A stretch of DNA of 64,000 nt from Candidatus Bathyarchaeia archaeon (lineage in GTDB: Archaea; Thermoproteota; Bathyarchaeia; Bathyarchaeales; Bathycorpusculaceae). The stretch covers positions 224,001 through 288,000 of the forward strand of contig JBEKOM010000001.1 in assembly GCA_049521795.1 (NCBI GenBank), in the 5' to 3' direction. The notes beneath the pieces were generated by a model that saw only the letters and a program-made list of their open reading frames with translations, searched no databases and was not told where the DNA came from. Shown here in pieces: positions 26,353-36,241 of this stretch. The position numbers and the translations under genes were made by a program. How positions within the stretch are numbered: the first letter of the stretch is position 1; each line of letters begins with the position of its first letter.

Positions 26353-27372
26353 CTAGTATTTCCCCAACAGTTTCAACAGAATGGTTTTCGCAGAGTACAG
26401 CCTGTTCTCGCTCTGCTGGTATATCACCGACTTTGAGTTTTCAACGGCATCCCCGGTTATTTCGTATCCTCTGTGAATAGGCATGTCATGCATCACGTAG
26501 GCACTGCTATCCTTCAGCAACTCCTTGTTGATCTGATAAGGCATCATCAGTTTGACGCGTTTCTCCTTCGCTGCCGCAAACTTGGGATCCGTGAAGAATT
26601 CCATATCAACCCACGTGTCAGTGTAAACGAAGTCCGCGTCTCGGACAGCTTCTTTCACGTCCGTTGAGACTTCCCAGAGCCCTGTCTTCCTAGCGTTCTC
26701 CAGAAGCTCATCGTCTCTGCTTGGCTCATTGAACAAGGGCGTCACAGTGGTTATCTTGACACCGGCCTTCGTGCACCCTTCGATGAGTGAATTGCAAACG
26801 TTGTTGTGGATCCCCACGTAAACAAGCCTAACCCCCTTGAACGTTCCCTTCTTTTCCTTCACGGTGATCAAGTCGGCTATCGCTTGGCTTGGATGGTACT
26901 TCTCGTCACAACCATTAATCACCGGAACCCGAGAAGCCTTGGCCATGGTCTGCAGATCCGCGTTTCTCATCAGCCTAGCCATGATGCAGTTAACGTTTCG
27001 GGACAGATATTGAGTCTCATCACCCAGGTCCGCCAGAGCGAAGTTCGTCGTCCTCCAATCAATGAAGAGTGCGTGACCGCCAAGCTGAGTCATGGCCACT
27101 TCGAAAGAAACTCGAGTTCTGGTTGAGGTTTTCTGAAAGATCAAGGCTGACGACTTGCCTTCCAAAGCCTTTCGATAATCTTCTGAGGCGCGTTTAACCT
27201 CAATACCCTTGTCTATCATCTCTGCCAGCTGGTGACCAGTCAATTCTTTGAAATTAAGCAAATGCACGTTTCCACCCGTTTCCAAACTTTCAAGCGTTGA
27301 ACCACCTTCAACGATTATAAGCTTTATGGAAACCATATCTCTAGAAACTCGCAAAGTATTCCGGAAGCGCAA
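26353..27372 (-). CDS. argF: Ornithine carbamoyltransferase
   Basis: KTSTRT, HPSQ, YTDTWVDM and HDMP motifs; real start is likely ~35 codons downstream. Confidence 0.9.
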   Translation of the reverse strand: MRFRNTLRVSRDMVSIKLIIVEGGSTLESLETGGNVHLLNFKELTGHQLAEMIDKGIEVKRASEDYRKALEGKSSALIFQKTSTRTRVSFEVAMTQLGGHALFIDWRTTNFALADLGDETQYLSRNVNCIMARLMRNADLQTMAKASRVPVINGCDEKYHPSQAIADLITVKEKKGTFKGVRLVYVGIHNNVCNSLIEGCTKAGVKITTVTPLFNEPSRDDELLENARKTGLWEVSTDVKEAVRDADFVYTDTWVDMEFFTDPKFAAAKEKRVKLMMPYQINKELLKDSSAYVMHDMPIHRGYEITGDAVENSKSVIYQQSENRLYSAKTILLKLLGKY

Positions 27373-27375
27373 CGT

Positions 27376-28200
27376 ATGATTCTGGTCGTCGCCTCAAACA
27401 AGGACGTCGCAGGTCTAAACATCCAAAAACAGATCTTGACTCATTACGATTTTAGAGAAACAACTCGAAGATTTCAGGCAAACCCAACGTACGAGGCTAC
27501 GATTGACGACAAGAACGTGGAACTCATAACGTTGAACGAGGAATCGGTCCGCGCACAGAGCCTGCCAGACGCCTTCAACAGACTGGAACTCATTATCTTT
27601 GCCTCAAGACACAGCAGCGTCAGCGGAACGCCCACACTGTCGGTGCACACGCCGGGCAACCTAGCTGAGGCAGAGCTGGGCGGAATCCCGAGAAAAGTGT
27701 CCGTCTCCCCTGCGAACCCGATGAGAGAAACCTTGAAGACCATGATGAAACTTAAGGAAGAGATGCAGCTTGATTATGAAGTATCCTACGAGTGCACGCA
27801 TCACGGGCCTTCATTAGACGTTCCTACGATGTTTGCCGAGCTTGGCAGCTCACCTAAACAGTGGAGTGACATGAAAGCCGCTGAAGCTGTCGCACACGCA
27901 ACGATGGAAACGGTTCAAAGGTTCGGTCAACATCCAGTCAAAGCAGTCGTGGGCATAGGCGGACCCCACTACAATAGCAGGTTCACTCGAATGGCGCTGG
28001 AGAAAGAATTGGCTTTCGGACACATGATTCCAAAGTATGCGGTTTCAAAGGTCGATACAAACATCCTGAGACAATGTGTCGAAAGAACGATGGAAAACGT
28101 CGAAACTGTGATTCTCGACTGGAAGGGAATAAGAGGAGGAGACAAACCGCCATTGATAAAGATCCTCAACGAAACGGGCACACCGTTCGTGAAGGCATAG
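27376..28200 (+). CDS. dtdA: D-aminoacyl-tRNA deacylase (archaeal DTD2)
   Basis: SRHSS, VHTPGN, ECTHHGP, GGPHY and GHMIPKY. Confidence 0.94.
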   Translation: MILVVASNKDVAGLNIQKQILTHYDFRETTRRFQANPTYEATIDDKNVELITLNEESVRAQSLPDAFNRLELIIFASRHSSVSGTPTLSVHTPGNLAEAELGGIPRKVSVSPANPMRETLKTMMKLKEEMQLDYEVSYECTHHGPSLDVPTMFAELGSSPKQWSDMKAAEAVAHATMETVQRFGQHPVKAVVGIGGPHYNSRFTRMALEKELAFGHMIPKYAVSKVDTNILRQCVERTMENVETVILDWKGIRGGDKPPLIKILNETGTPFVKA

Positions 28201-28321
28201 CACCTTACGTTCTTAAGCAAGGGTCATCTCAAGGCAAAGGTTAATAGAAATGTGCGTCTTTATCTACCAGAGCCTACAGTAACCCTTATATCAAATTGAA
28301 ATATTGAGAGTGCGATGAAAC

Positions 28322-28504
28322 ATGGGCTTGAGAGATTTCCTAGCTCAATGCGGAAGAACGCTGAAGCTGGCTATTAAGCCTGGAAGAAGCGAGCTTTGGC
28401 TATCCATAAAAATATGCTTCTTGGGCATCATGGCGATAGGCTTAATCGGTTTTGTCATCAAACTGCTGTCCTCAGTCATCCAGCCAGGAGTCCCCACGTC
28501 TTAG
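28322..28504 (+). CDS. secE: Protein translocase SecE/Sec61-gamma
   Basis: KP...E...GLIGF transmembrane helix; upstream of spt5. Confidence 0.9.
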   Translation: MGLRDFLAQCGRTLKLAIKPGRSELWLSIKICFLGIMAIGLIGFVIKLLSSVIQPGVPTS

Positions 28505-28518
28505 AAAGGGGAAACTCG

Positions 28519-29007
28519 ATGGAAAAACCCGAAGAGTACACCACAAAGATCTTTGCTGTGAAAACAACCACGGGTCAAGAAAGAAACGTTGCCAGACTCA
28601 TCGCAGCCAAGGTTGCCATGAACAAGATACCTATAAAGGCCATTCTCGCGCCCGAAACACTGAAGGGATACGTCTTCTTAGAGGCTGAGGGCCCGCACCT
28701 AGTCGAGGAAGCCATAGGAGGCATAAAACACGTGCGCTCAAGGGTTCCAGGCATCGTCAGTTTCGCTGAAGTTGAGAGATACATAGTCAAGAAACCGATC
28801 ATAGAAGAGTTGAACGAAAGCGACATAGTCGAAGTAACCGGCGGACCATTCAAAGGCATGCGCGCAAAGATAACCAGGATTGACAAGACGAAGGAAGAAG
28901 TCACGCTTGAGCTGCTGGAAGCAACCTTCACCCTGCCCATAACAGTGAGCTCGGAGTACGTTAAACTGGTGGAGAGAGCAAAAACCGCTACTCGCGGTGA
29001 AACATAA
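28519..29007 (+). CDS. spt5: Transcription elongation factor Spt5
   Basis: TTTGQE, KGYVFLE and KOW motif GGPFKG. Confidence 0.96.
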   Translation: MEKPEEYTTKIFAVKTTTGQERNVARLIAAKVAMNKIPIKAILAPETLKGYVFLEAEGPHLVEEAIGGIKHVRSRVPGIVSFAEVERYIVKKPIIEELNESDIVEVTGGPFKGMRAKITRIDKTKEEVTLELLEATFTLPITVSSEYVKLVERAKTATRGET

Positions 29008-29501
29008 TGGCCGACAAGAAAGTCACAGAACTACTCGTGAGCGGAGGACAGGCAAACGCAGGACCCCCGCTGGGACCAGCGCTCGGACCGCTCGGCGTAA
29101 ACGTCATGGAAATCGTGAACAAGATAAACGAGCTTACAAAAGACTACTCTGGAATGAAGGTTCCTGTCAAAGTCATCGTCGACCCTGACACCAAACAGTT
29201 TGAAGTAACCATTGGAACACCCACAGCGTCCGCCTTGATCGTCAGCGAACTCAAGGTCGAGAAAGGCTCAGGCACACCGAGCACGCTGAAGGTTGGAAAC
29301 CTCACCATAGACCAGGTGATTCGAATAGCCAAGATGAAGCGCCCAGAACTGCTGTCAAAAACCCTGAAAGGAGCAGCCAAGGAGATCCTAGGAGTTTGCG
29401 TCAGCATGGGAGTGACGGCTGAGGGCAAAGACCCTCGCGAAGTCCAACGAGACATCGACGAAGGCAAGTACGACGAAATGCTGAGCAAAAGCCAAGCATA
29501 A
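29007..29501 (+). CDS. rpl11: 50S ribosomal protein L11
   Basis: GPPLGPALGPLG. Confidence 0.98.
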   Translation: MADKKVTELLVSGGQANAGPPLGPALGPLGVNVMEIVNKINELTKDYSGMKVPVKVIVDPDTKQFEVTIGTPTASALIVSELKVEKGSGTPSTLKVGNLTIDQVIRIAKMKRPELLSKTLKGAAKEILGVCVSMGVTAEGKDPREVQRDIDEGKYDEMLSKSQA

Positions 29502-29553
29502 GAGAATACTTTTATAACCGCGTATCATTCCCTCAATGGCACGAGGCCTCTAG

Positions 29554-30204
29554 ATGCCTTTAGACCAAAAAACGATCCTCGCTGCAGTAAAAGAGGCAAA
29601 AGAAAAGTCTCAGAAGAGAAAATTCAACCAATCAGTAGAGCTCATCCTGAAGCTGCAAGACATCGACATGAAAGCACCTGAAAGCAAGATCCAAGAGGTC
29701 GTAGAGCTCCCGTACGGATTCGAAAAACCCAACTCGATCTGCGTCATCGCCTCCGGCGAACTGGCGATGAAGGCGAGAAAGGCAAAGGCAGACCGCGTCG
29801 TCGAAAAGAGCGACCTTGAAAGCATGGCCGGCAAAAAACAAGAGATGCGAAAGATAGCTAACGCGTACGATGTTTTCATCGCCGAAGCACCGCTGATGCC
29901 GCTGGTAGGCAGAACATTAGGCTCCGTACTAGGTCCAAGAGGCAAGATGCCCATACCCGTCCCGCCGACAGCAGACATTGAAGGCTTGTTGACCAAAAAC
30001 CGCAAGACGATCATCGTTAGAATGCGCAACCAGCCCATACTGCAAAACCGCGTCGGAATGGAAAACATGAAGGAAGAGGAAATATCCGAGAACATCCAAG
30101 CGGTTCTAAGGGTGCTAGAAGGAAAACTCAAGAAAGGAATGAAGAACATCAAGTTCGCCTACATAAAAACAGCTATGGGCGCGCCCGTGAAGATCAAACC
30201 ATAA
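29554..30204 (+). CDS. rpl1: 50S ribosomal protein L1
   Basis: RKFNQSVEL and LGPRGKMP. Confidence 0.98.
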   Translation: MPLDQKTILAAVKEAKEKSQKRKFNQSVELILKLQDIDMKAPESKIQEVVELPYGFEKPNSICVIASGELAMKARKAKADRVVEKSDLESMAGKKQEMRKIANAYDVFIAEAPLMPLVGRTLGSVLGPRGKMPIPVPPTADIEGLLTKNRKTIIVRMRNQPILQNRVGMENMKEEEISENIQAVLRVLEGKLKKGMKNIKFAYIKTAMGAPVKIKP

Positions 30205-30216
30205 AGAGGAAAACCG

Positions 30217-31068
30217 ATGCCGTCCAAACAAGCTCTGCAACAGAAGACCAAGGAAGTCGAAGAGATAACCAACCTCATCAAAGGTTACAGCATCATCGGA
30301 ATCGCAAGCCTGCAGAAAGTCAGAGCGGCTCAACTGCAGGAGTTCAAGAGAAACCTGGCGGACAAGGTGTACATGCGAGTTTTGAAGAACACATTGATAA
30401 AGCTCGCCATCGAGAACTGTAAGGAAAGACCCGACCTGAAGAAACTCGAAGAACACGTAAAAGGGTCAAACGTTTTCATGTTCACAAACCTGAACCCGTT
30501 CAAACTGTCACTGATCCTTCAAAGAGGAAAAGTCAAAACGACCGCCAAGTCAGGCGACGTAGCAGCCTTCGACGTTATTGTCCCAGCGGGAAACACTGGA
30601 CAACCTCCAGGCCCCATAATCAGCCAACTAAACGCAGTAGGCCTGCCAACACGAATCGAGTCGGGAAGCGTCTGGATAAACAAGGACACGCTGGTAGTCA
30701 GGAAAGGAGAACAGATCAACGAAAGGCTAGCCAGCATGCTGTCAAAGCTCGGAATAAAACCCGTTGAAGCAGGACTCGCGCTGACCGTGGCCTTCGACGA
30801 CGGTCTAATCGTGACAGAGGAACAGCTCAGGCTTGACATTGACGCAACGAAACACGATGTCGAAAGTGCCTACGCCGAATCATTTGCCCTGTCATTAAGC
30901 ATCAGCTATCCCACCAAGGAAAACATGGCCACACTGATACAACTCGCTCACAGAGAAGCATACGCTCTCTCACTTGGCGCGGCAATACCTACGAAGGAAA
31001 CAATAGAAGACCTGCTCAGAAAAGCAAACGCTCAAATGCAGAGCCTAAACAGCAAGGTAACTCACTAG
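30217..31068 (+). CDS. rpl10: 50S ribosomal protein L10/P0
   Basis: VLKNTL, PAGNTGQPPGP and LSKLGIKP. Confidence 0.97.
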   Translation: MPSKQALQQKTKEVEEITNLIKGYSIIGIASLQKVRAAQLQEFKRNLADKVYMRVLKNTLIKLAIENCKERPDLKKLEEHVKGSNVFMFTNLNPFKLSLILQRGKVKTTAKSGDVAAFDVIVPAGNTGQPPGPIISQLNAVGLPTRIESGSVWINKDTLVVRKGEQINERLASMLSKLGIKPVEAGLALTVAFDDGLIVTEEQLRLDIDATKHDVESAYAESFALSLSISYPTKENMATLIQLAHREAYALSLGAAIPTKETIEDLLRKANAQMQSLNSKVTH

Positions 31069-31652
31069 TTAAGACCTAGCTCATTTGCTTTTCAATCGAC
31101 GATTCTGTAGCGCGCACGTTTTCAACATTGATTTGCGGTTGTAGATATCTATCCAAAATGGCAATCTTTATTTTATTGGCAATTATCAACAACGATCACG
31201 GCAGTTCAGATTCAAAGCAAGCTGGAAAGATAGATGAGCAAAAAGAAAAAGAAGCAGAGAAAAGGAACACAGGGCGACGCAGAGAAGATCATAGAGGAAG
31301 ACAAGGCATACAGCACGATGGAACGAGAAGAAGACTTTTAGGCCAATCATGTTAGAACAAAAGTTACCAAACATTATTCTCTTTCGAGTCCTCAGTGTTT
31401 GTGCCTTCGAGAACAGAAAATGCGCGATCATCCAGGCACGCTTTCCTCAAAATACCACCTTCCACAGTTTTCTATGCACAGAAAGCTTAAATCATGGGAT
31501 TTTGTATGTGAAGGAATACTGCTAAAGTTAGGCAGTGGGTAGCACAGTGCCCAACTAATGGGATTGAACAAGGTATTAGGGTCCCAATAGTAAGGGAAAG
31601 GGCCGCGCCAACTGAAAAAACTTAAAATAGTCGATGTGAGAGGTGAAAGGGT

Positions 31653-31976
31653 ATGGAATATATTTACGCTGCAATGCTTCTCCACAAGGCAGGAAAGGAG
31701 ATAAACGAGGCAAACCTGACACAGGTTTTGACAGCCGCCGGAATAAACGCCGACACAGTTCGCGTCAAAGCCTTAGTGGCTTCTCTGGCTGAAGTGAAAA
31801 TAGATGAAGCGATCAAGACTGCTCCAACGATGATGGCAGCGCCAGCCGCAGCAACGGCAGCCGCAGCAGCACCAGCAGCAGAAGCGAAGCCGAAGGAAGA
31901 CGAGAAGAAGAAGAAAGAAGAAGAAAAGCAGAAGGAAGAAGCAGCGCTCGAAGGCCTAGGCGCCCTCTTCGGTTAA
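31653..31976 (+). CDS. rpl12: 50S ribosomal stalk protein P1/L12
   Basis: [11 protein letters not shown]...GLGALFG. Confidence 0.98.
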   Translation: MEYIYAAMLLHKAGKEINEANLTQVLTAAGINADTVRVKALVASLAEVKIDEAIKTAPTMMAAPAAATAAAAAPAAEAKPKEDEKKKKEEEKQKEEAALEGLGALFG

Positions 31977-32018
31977 ACGCATCTCAATTTTCCCACATTG
32001 TTATCTGAAATTCCAGTT

Positions 32019-32987
32019 CTAACCACTGGTCATTTGTCCCACAGCTGGAGCTTCCAATTCTGACACAGTTGCTTTTCTTACAGTCAACTGTTTCCAAATC
32101 ACTAGAGGCGCCCATCCACAGATGATCATCAACGTACCCGCAAACGGGATTCGCCAAAAGTTCAGCAAGAGTGTTTCGAAAATAAAGAAAGAAACAGTCA
32201 TCGCTGCCGCACACACAATTGCGAACTGTTTGCCGTATTTCTTGAAGGTCTGCACGCCCAATAACCCGGCGAAGAAGAAGTCGCCTAAACCCAGACTCAT
32301 CATCGAAACGCCCAACCCGGCAGCCGGTGGAATCAAGGGAAGCGAGACCATCACAGGAAGTCTAAGACCCACAGCAACCTTGGCAGCTTCCACCATAGTT
32401 CGAGTGACCAGGACCAGAATTATGTCCATAACGGTTATCAACACCCCGAAAATTGCCGTGGTTTTCCACGTGAACAGACCTACCAGGTAAAGGGTAATAA
32501 GCACTGCAAAGACTAGGCCAAAAACGTTGGCTAAATAAAGAGTCCACAGTGGATCGTCTCGAAGAACACCCAAGAAAACGTATAACAAGATGAAGACTGC
32601 CGGAGGCAAAATGCCCAAGTACCAACGATTCTTTGAAAACAGGTACGTGAAAGTGAAAAGAAGCATAGAATAAGCGAACATGTACAAGACCATCAGGGCG
32701 TAACTTATCTCTCTGACGAAGACAACCAGAAATATCATAACGGACATCACACCGACTAGCAGAGCGGCGTCCCAAACACCCATCTGCCTATCCTGCAGCA
32801 GATTCTCTTTCAGTTTACCCTCAGTCTTCTGATTCGCAAACAACGCCACAAGGGTAACCGCGAAGAGAGTCAACGGCATCGTGATGTCGAAATACATGCA
32901 CCCAACATTAGAAGAACGAACATTTATTCCTTTGTCAGAGCAACCCGCTTTTTCTCCCTCAGCCAGTTGGAGCTGTTTTGAAGTCAC
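32019..32987 (-). CDS. GxGD intramembrane aspartyl protease (presenilin/SPP-like)
   Basis: Multi-TM protein with the VMD first aspartate and LGLGDF second aspartate. Confidence 0.75.
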   Translation of the reverse strand: MTSKQLQLAEGEKAGCSDKGINVRSSNVGCMYFDITMPLTLFAVTLVALFANQKTEGKLKENLLQDRQMGVWDAALLVGVMSVMIFLVVFVREISYALMVLYMFAYSMLLFTFTYLFSKNRWYLGILPPAVFILLYVFLGVLRDDPLWTLYLANVFGLVFAVLITLYLVGLFTWKTTAIFGVLITVMDIILVLVTRTMVEAAKVAVGLRLPVMVSLPLIPPAAGLGVSMMSLGLGDFFFAGLLGVQTFKKYGKQFAIVCAAAMTVSFFIFETLLLNFWRIPFAGTLMIICGWAPLVIWKQLTVRKATVSELEAPAVGQMTSG

Positions 32988-33838
32988 ATCCTAGCTGCTA
33001 AGGTGATGTTGAAAACTGCCAAAGAAGCAATGAGCGCTTCCTCGGTCCTAACGGTTTCAGTTCCCTGCGATGGAATAGTGTTAACCACAAAATCGACGAT
33101 GTCCTCTAAACGAAGCCCTTCACGCGCAACTATCTCATTCAACCCAAGGGCTGGGGCACCGAAAGCCAAGAGAGCGCTGCTCGCTCGGACCCATTCTTCA
33201 ACGATCTGCCCTGTAACCTGAGCAAAGGGCAAACCGTACTTCGACGTAGCTATCGTCAAGTCGAAACTTCGGCTCTTGATCATTTCCCCAAAGCGATGCT
33301 TTTCCACAGTGACCAAGTAGCCCCAATAAGTGGGCACCTCATCACGGTTCACCAGTTCAGCCTTCACAGGTTTGCCAGTCCTTACAATTCTCACCGTGAC
33401 GCGTCTACCAGCAGTCAACTGCGATTTCATCACAAGTGCAGGCGACTCAACACCGATGTCTACGAGGGTGCCTTCTTCTGTTTTTGACAGGGCTACTCCT
33501 TCCCGGTATTCGCCGACCTTCAGATCCTTGCTTCTTCGGTTAAGCGGATGATGCTGTGTGCGCAACGGTGGAAGTATTCCCGCGTACTGGAGAATTGGAT
33601 TCAGCTTGAACAGCGTTTTCCGAAGATACTGCGGCGTCTCCATGTAAGCGAGCAAAGTCGCAACTAGGTCCACGTCGTTCCTCTGGCTGACGCCCGGACA
33701 ATCTGGATAGATTATGATCTCATTCACTCTGAAAATGGCAGCTGCTCTTCCAATGAGACCTATCTTAGATGTCTTCTCACGCAGATGCGGAGTGTCCGAG
33801 ACAACCGAAGCGGGAATAGCTATGTACAGCTTCTTCAT
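32984..33838 (-). CDS. SPOUT RNA methyltransferase (DUF171/C9orf114 family)
   Basis: YMETPQYLRK, LPPLRT and NTIPSQGTETVRTEEA. Confidence 0.92.
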   Translation of the reverse strand: MKKLYIAIPASVVSDTPHLREKTSKIGLIGRAAAIFRVNEIIIYPDCPGVSQRNDVDLVATLLAYMETPQYLRKTLFKLNPILQYAGILPPLRTQHHPLNRRSKDLKVGEYREGVALSKTEEGTLVDIGVESPALVMKSQLTAGRRVTVRIVRTGKPVKAELVNRDEVPTYWGYLVTVEKHRFGEMIKSRSFDLTIATSKYGLPFAQVTGQIVEEWVRASSALLAFGAPALGLNEIVAREGLRLEDIVDFVVNTIPSQGTETVRTEEALIASLAVFNITLAARM

Positions 33839-33916
33839 GTTAAGCCATGCTCTCTTCTGGCCATGCTCACTGAACGGGTGTTATGGCGCATTTGGTTTAA
33901 AAGCTGAACGCGTAAT

Positions 33917-35065
33917 ATGGTCTTGACTACGTATCAAAGCGGTAGTGAGCAGTTGCCAAAGCTAACGATTCTGGATAGTTTGGATGAAATCAAGAAAATT
34001 GACAAGAGCAACATGCTCTCTTTCTGCGTCGAAGCGCCCAAGCACTATGGAAACGCTGCTAAGCTAGTTAGTCAATTCAAAATTGGCTATCCGAAGCCTG
34101 AAGTCATAATCGTGGCCGGCATGGGCGGATCAGCCATCGGCGGAGAGCTTCTGAAAGACTGGGCTCGAGACAGATTGGCCATACCGGTCGACGTGTGCAG
34201 AGAGTACCATCTGCCTGCTTATGCCAACAAGAACACGCTGGTGCTTGCCACGAGCTACTCAGGAGAAACTGAAGAGACCTTAAACGTGTTTCTGGAAGCT
34301 CTCAAGAGGAATTGCATGATAATCTGCATAAGCTCAGGCGGAGCACTGACAGAGTTCGCGGGAAAACTCAGCATCCCTCATCTGCTTGTACCCAGCGGAA
34401 TGGCTCCACGCGCAACTCTGCCGTACCTGTTCATGCCTCTACTCGGGATCTTGGAGAAAATGGGGCTGGCAGCTGGCGTGGACACCGAGTTCTCTGAGAC
34501 TGTGAGAGTGCTGAAGCGGATCAGCTCAGAGAATTCTCCTGAACGACCGCTGAACGACAATTTCTCTAAGAAGCTGGCGGCAAACGTCGATGGAACGGTT
34601 CCGGCAGTTTACGGTTTCGGATTCTACCGAGCTGTTGCCCAGCGCCTCAAGACACAGTTCAATGAGAACAGCAAAAACCTGGCGAAGTGGGAATCTCTTC
34701 CAGAACTCAACCACAACGAGATCGTAGGCTGGGAAGCAGCGAAGGAATTCGCAAAACTCTTCTCTGTGGTCTTCATCCGCGACGCTGAGGAGCCGAAGGA
34801 GATAAGACAGAGAATTGAGTTCACCAAGGAAACGGTCGGCAAAGGAGCAGTTAAACTGTTCGAAGTGTGGAGCAGCGGCAAGAGCAGCCTAGCCAGAATG
34901 TCATCTGTCATATGTGTCGGAGACTTCACAAGCGTGTACCTCGCTGTGCTGCGCGGCATAGACCCGACGCCTGTCAGAACGATAGTGCTGCTCAAAGAAA
35001 GGCTCAAACAAACCGGAGTGAAGGAAAAGACGGTTCGTGAATTGCAGAAGCTTGCGAAAAAGTGA
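33917..35065 (+). CDS. Bifunctional phosphoglucose/phosphomannose isomerase
   Basis: GMGGSAIGG, SYSGETEET, QFNENSK and PELNHNE. Confidence 0.93.
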   Translation: MVLTTYQSGSEQLPKLTILDSLDEIKKIDKSNMLSFCVEAPKHYGNAAKLVSQFKIGYPKPEVIIVAGMGGSAIGGELLKDWARDRLAIPVDVCREYHLPAYANKNTLVLATSYSGETEETLNVFLEALKRNCMIICISSGGALTEFAGKLSIPHLLVPSGMAPRATLPYLFMPLLGILEKMGLAAGVDTEFSETVRVLKRISSENSPERPLNDNFSKKLAANVDGTVPAVYGFGFYRAVAQRLKTQFNENSKNLAKWESLPELNHNEIVGWEAAKEFAKLFSVVFIRDAEEPKEIRQRIEFTKETVGKGAVKLFEVWSSGKSSLARMSSVICVGDFTSVYLAVLRGIDPTPVRTIVLLKERLKQTGVKEKTVRELQKLAKK

Positions 35066-35075
35066 CGGTTTCGCC

Positions 35076-36137
35076 TCATGCCTCGCTCGCAATGAAGTCG
35101 GCAAACAGCTTCTCTGCAGCTTCAAGGGACAAGAGTTGAGGCGGATGTTTGAAAGCGTACGCACAGATTGGCAGTATTGAGCCTTTCAGTTTTCTGTCCT
35201 CGGCCACCTTGACAGCTCTTATCACGTCCAGCAGGACAGACCCGGCGTTCGGCGCGTCGACCGTCGAGAGCTTCAAATCCATCTGCATTGGCACGTTGCA
35301 GAAGTACAGCCCCTTGATCCAGAAGTAGCTGTCTCGCTTGTTCTGCAGAAAGTCAACGTAGTCTGTGGACCCGGCTACAACCGCCGCGGAGTAAGGCAAC
35401 GCAGCCTCAACAGACTTTGTCTTGACAACGCGTTTAACATCTTTTGTCCGCTCCAACGTGTCCAAAGACTCCGTGCCTCCGCCGACGTCAAGCTGGTACG
35501 TTTGTGTGACTCGGACGCCGTTCAGTGAAAGAAGGTTGAGTAAAGTCTTGTGCAGGGTGGTCGCGCCCACCTGGTCCACCAGATCATCACCAACCAGTGG
35601 AAGCCCAGCCGTTTCAAACCTCTCAGCCCATGCAGCATCGCTAGCGATGAAATTGGGCGTCACGTTAACCAACGCGCAACCCGATAACAGTGATTGCTCA
35701 GCATACCACTGAGAAGCCTTCACGCCGCCAGACGGAAGCAAGTTCAGCACGATCTCTGCGTCACTTTCTTTTAGAACCAATGCAACGTTCGCATCATCGT
35801 GGCAACTCACGTGAACAACACGCCTCGTGTACTCCCCCAAACCGTCCAGAACGGGCCCTTTGTTGACGATGACGTTAGAAGGTGGCACATCAGCCAGCTT
35901 CGGAACATTGTTAGGTTGAGCAAGAACAGCCTCAGAGAGGTCTTTCCCGACTTTTCGGTCGTCAATGTCGAAAGCGGCAACGATTTCAACATCATTCGGG
36001 CGAAAACCGCCCAGAACAGCGTTTCGCAAGCCAATGCATTCTGCTTCTTTGGTGCAGTTGCCGTAGTATTGCAACCCTTGTAACAAGGCTGACGCGCAGT
36101 TGCCGACGCCGACTACGGCCACTCTTATCTTTGACAA
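35076..36137 (-). CDS. ino1: myo-Inositol-1-phosphate synthase
   Basis: GVGNCAS, GDD..QVGAT, YQLDVGG and DAPNAG. Confidence 0.92.
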   Translation of the reverse strand: MSKIRVAVVGVGNCASALLQGLQYYGNCTKEAECIGLRNAVLGGFRPNDVEIVAAFDIDDRKVGKDLSEAVLAQPNNVPKLADVPPSNVIVNKGPVLDGLGEYTRRVVHVSCHDDANVALVLKESDAEIVLNLLPSGGVKASQWYAEQSLLSGCALVNVTPNFIASDAAWAERFETAGLPLVGDDLVDQVGATTLHKTLLNLLSLNGVRVTQTYQLDVGGGTESLDTLERTKDVKRVVKTKSVEAALPYSAAVVAGSTDYVDFLQNKRDSYFWIKGLYFCNVPMQMDLKLSTVDAPNAGSVLLDVIRAVKVAEDRKLKGSILPICAYAFKHPPQLLSLEAAEKLFADFIASEA

Positions 36138-36241
36138 ACCCTGACACCTTACTGGAAAGCTTTTACATGGACTTTCTTAAAAAAGCCTGCGCTCTCTCTT
36201 CAGCATATTTCAGATGTTCTATCCAGAAACTCGACACCGGC

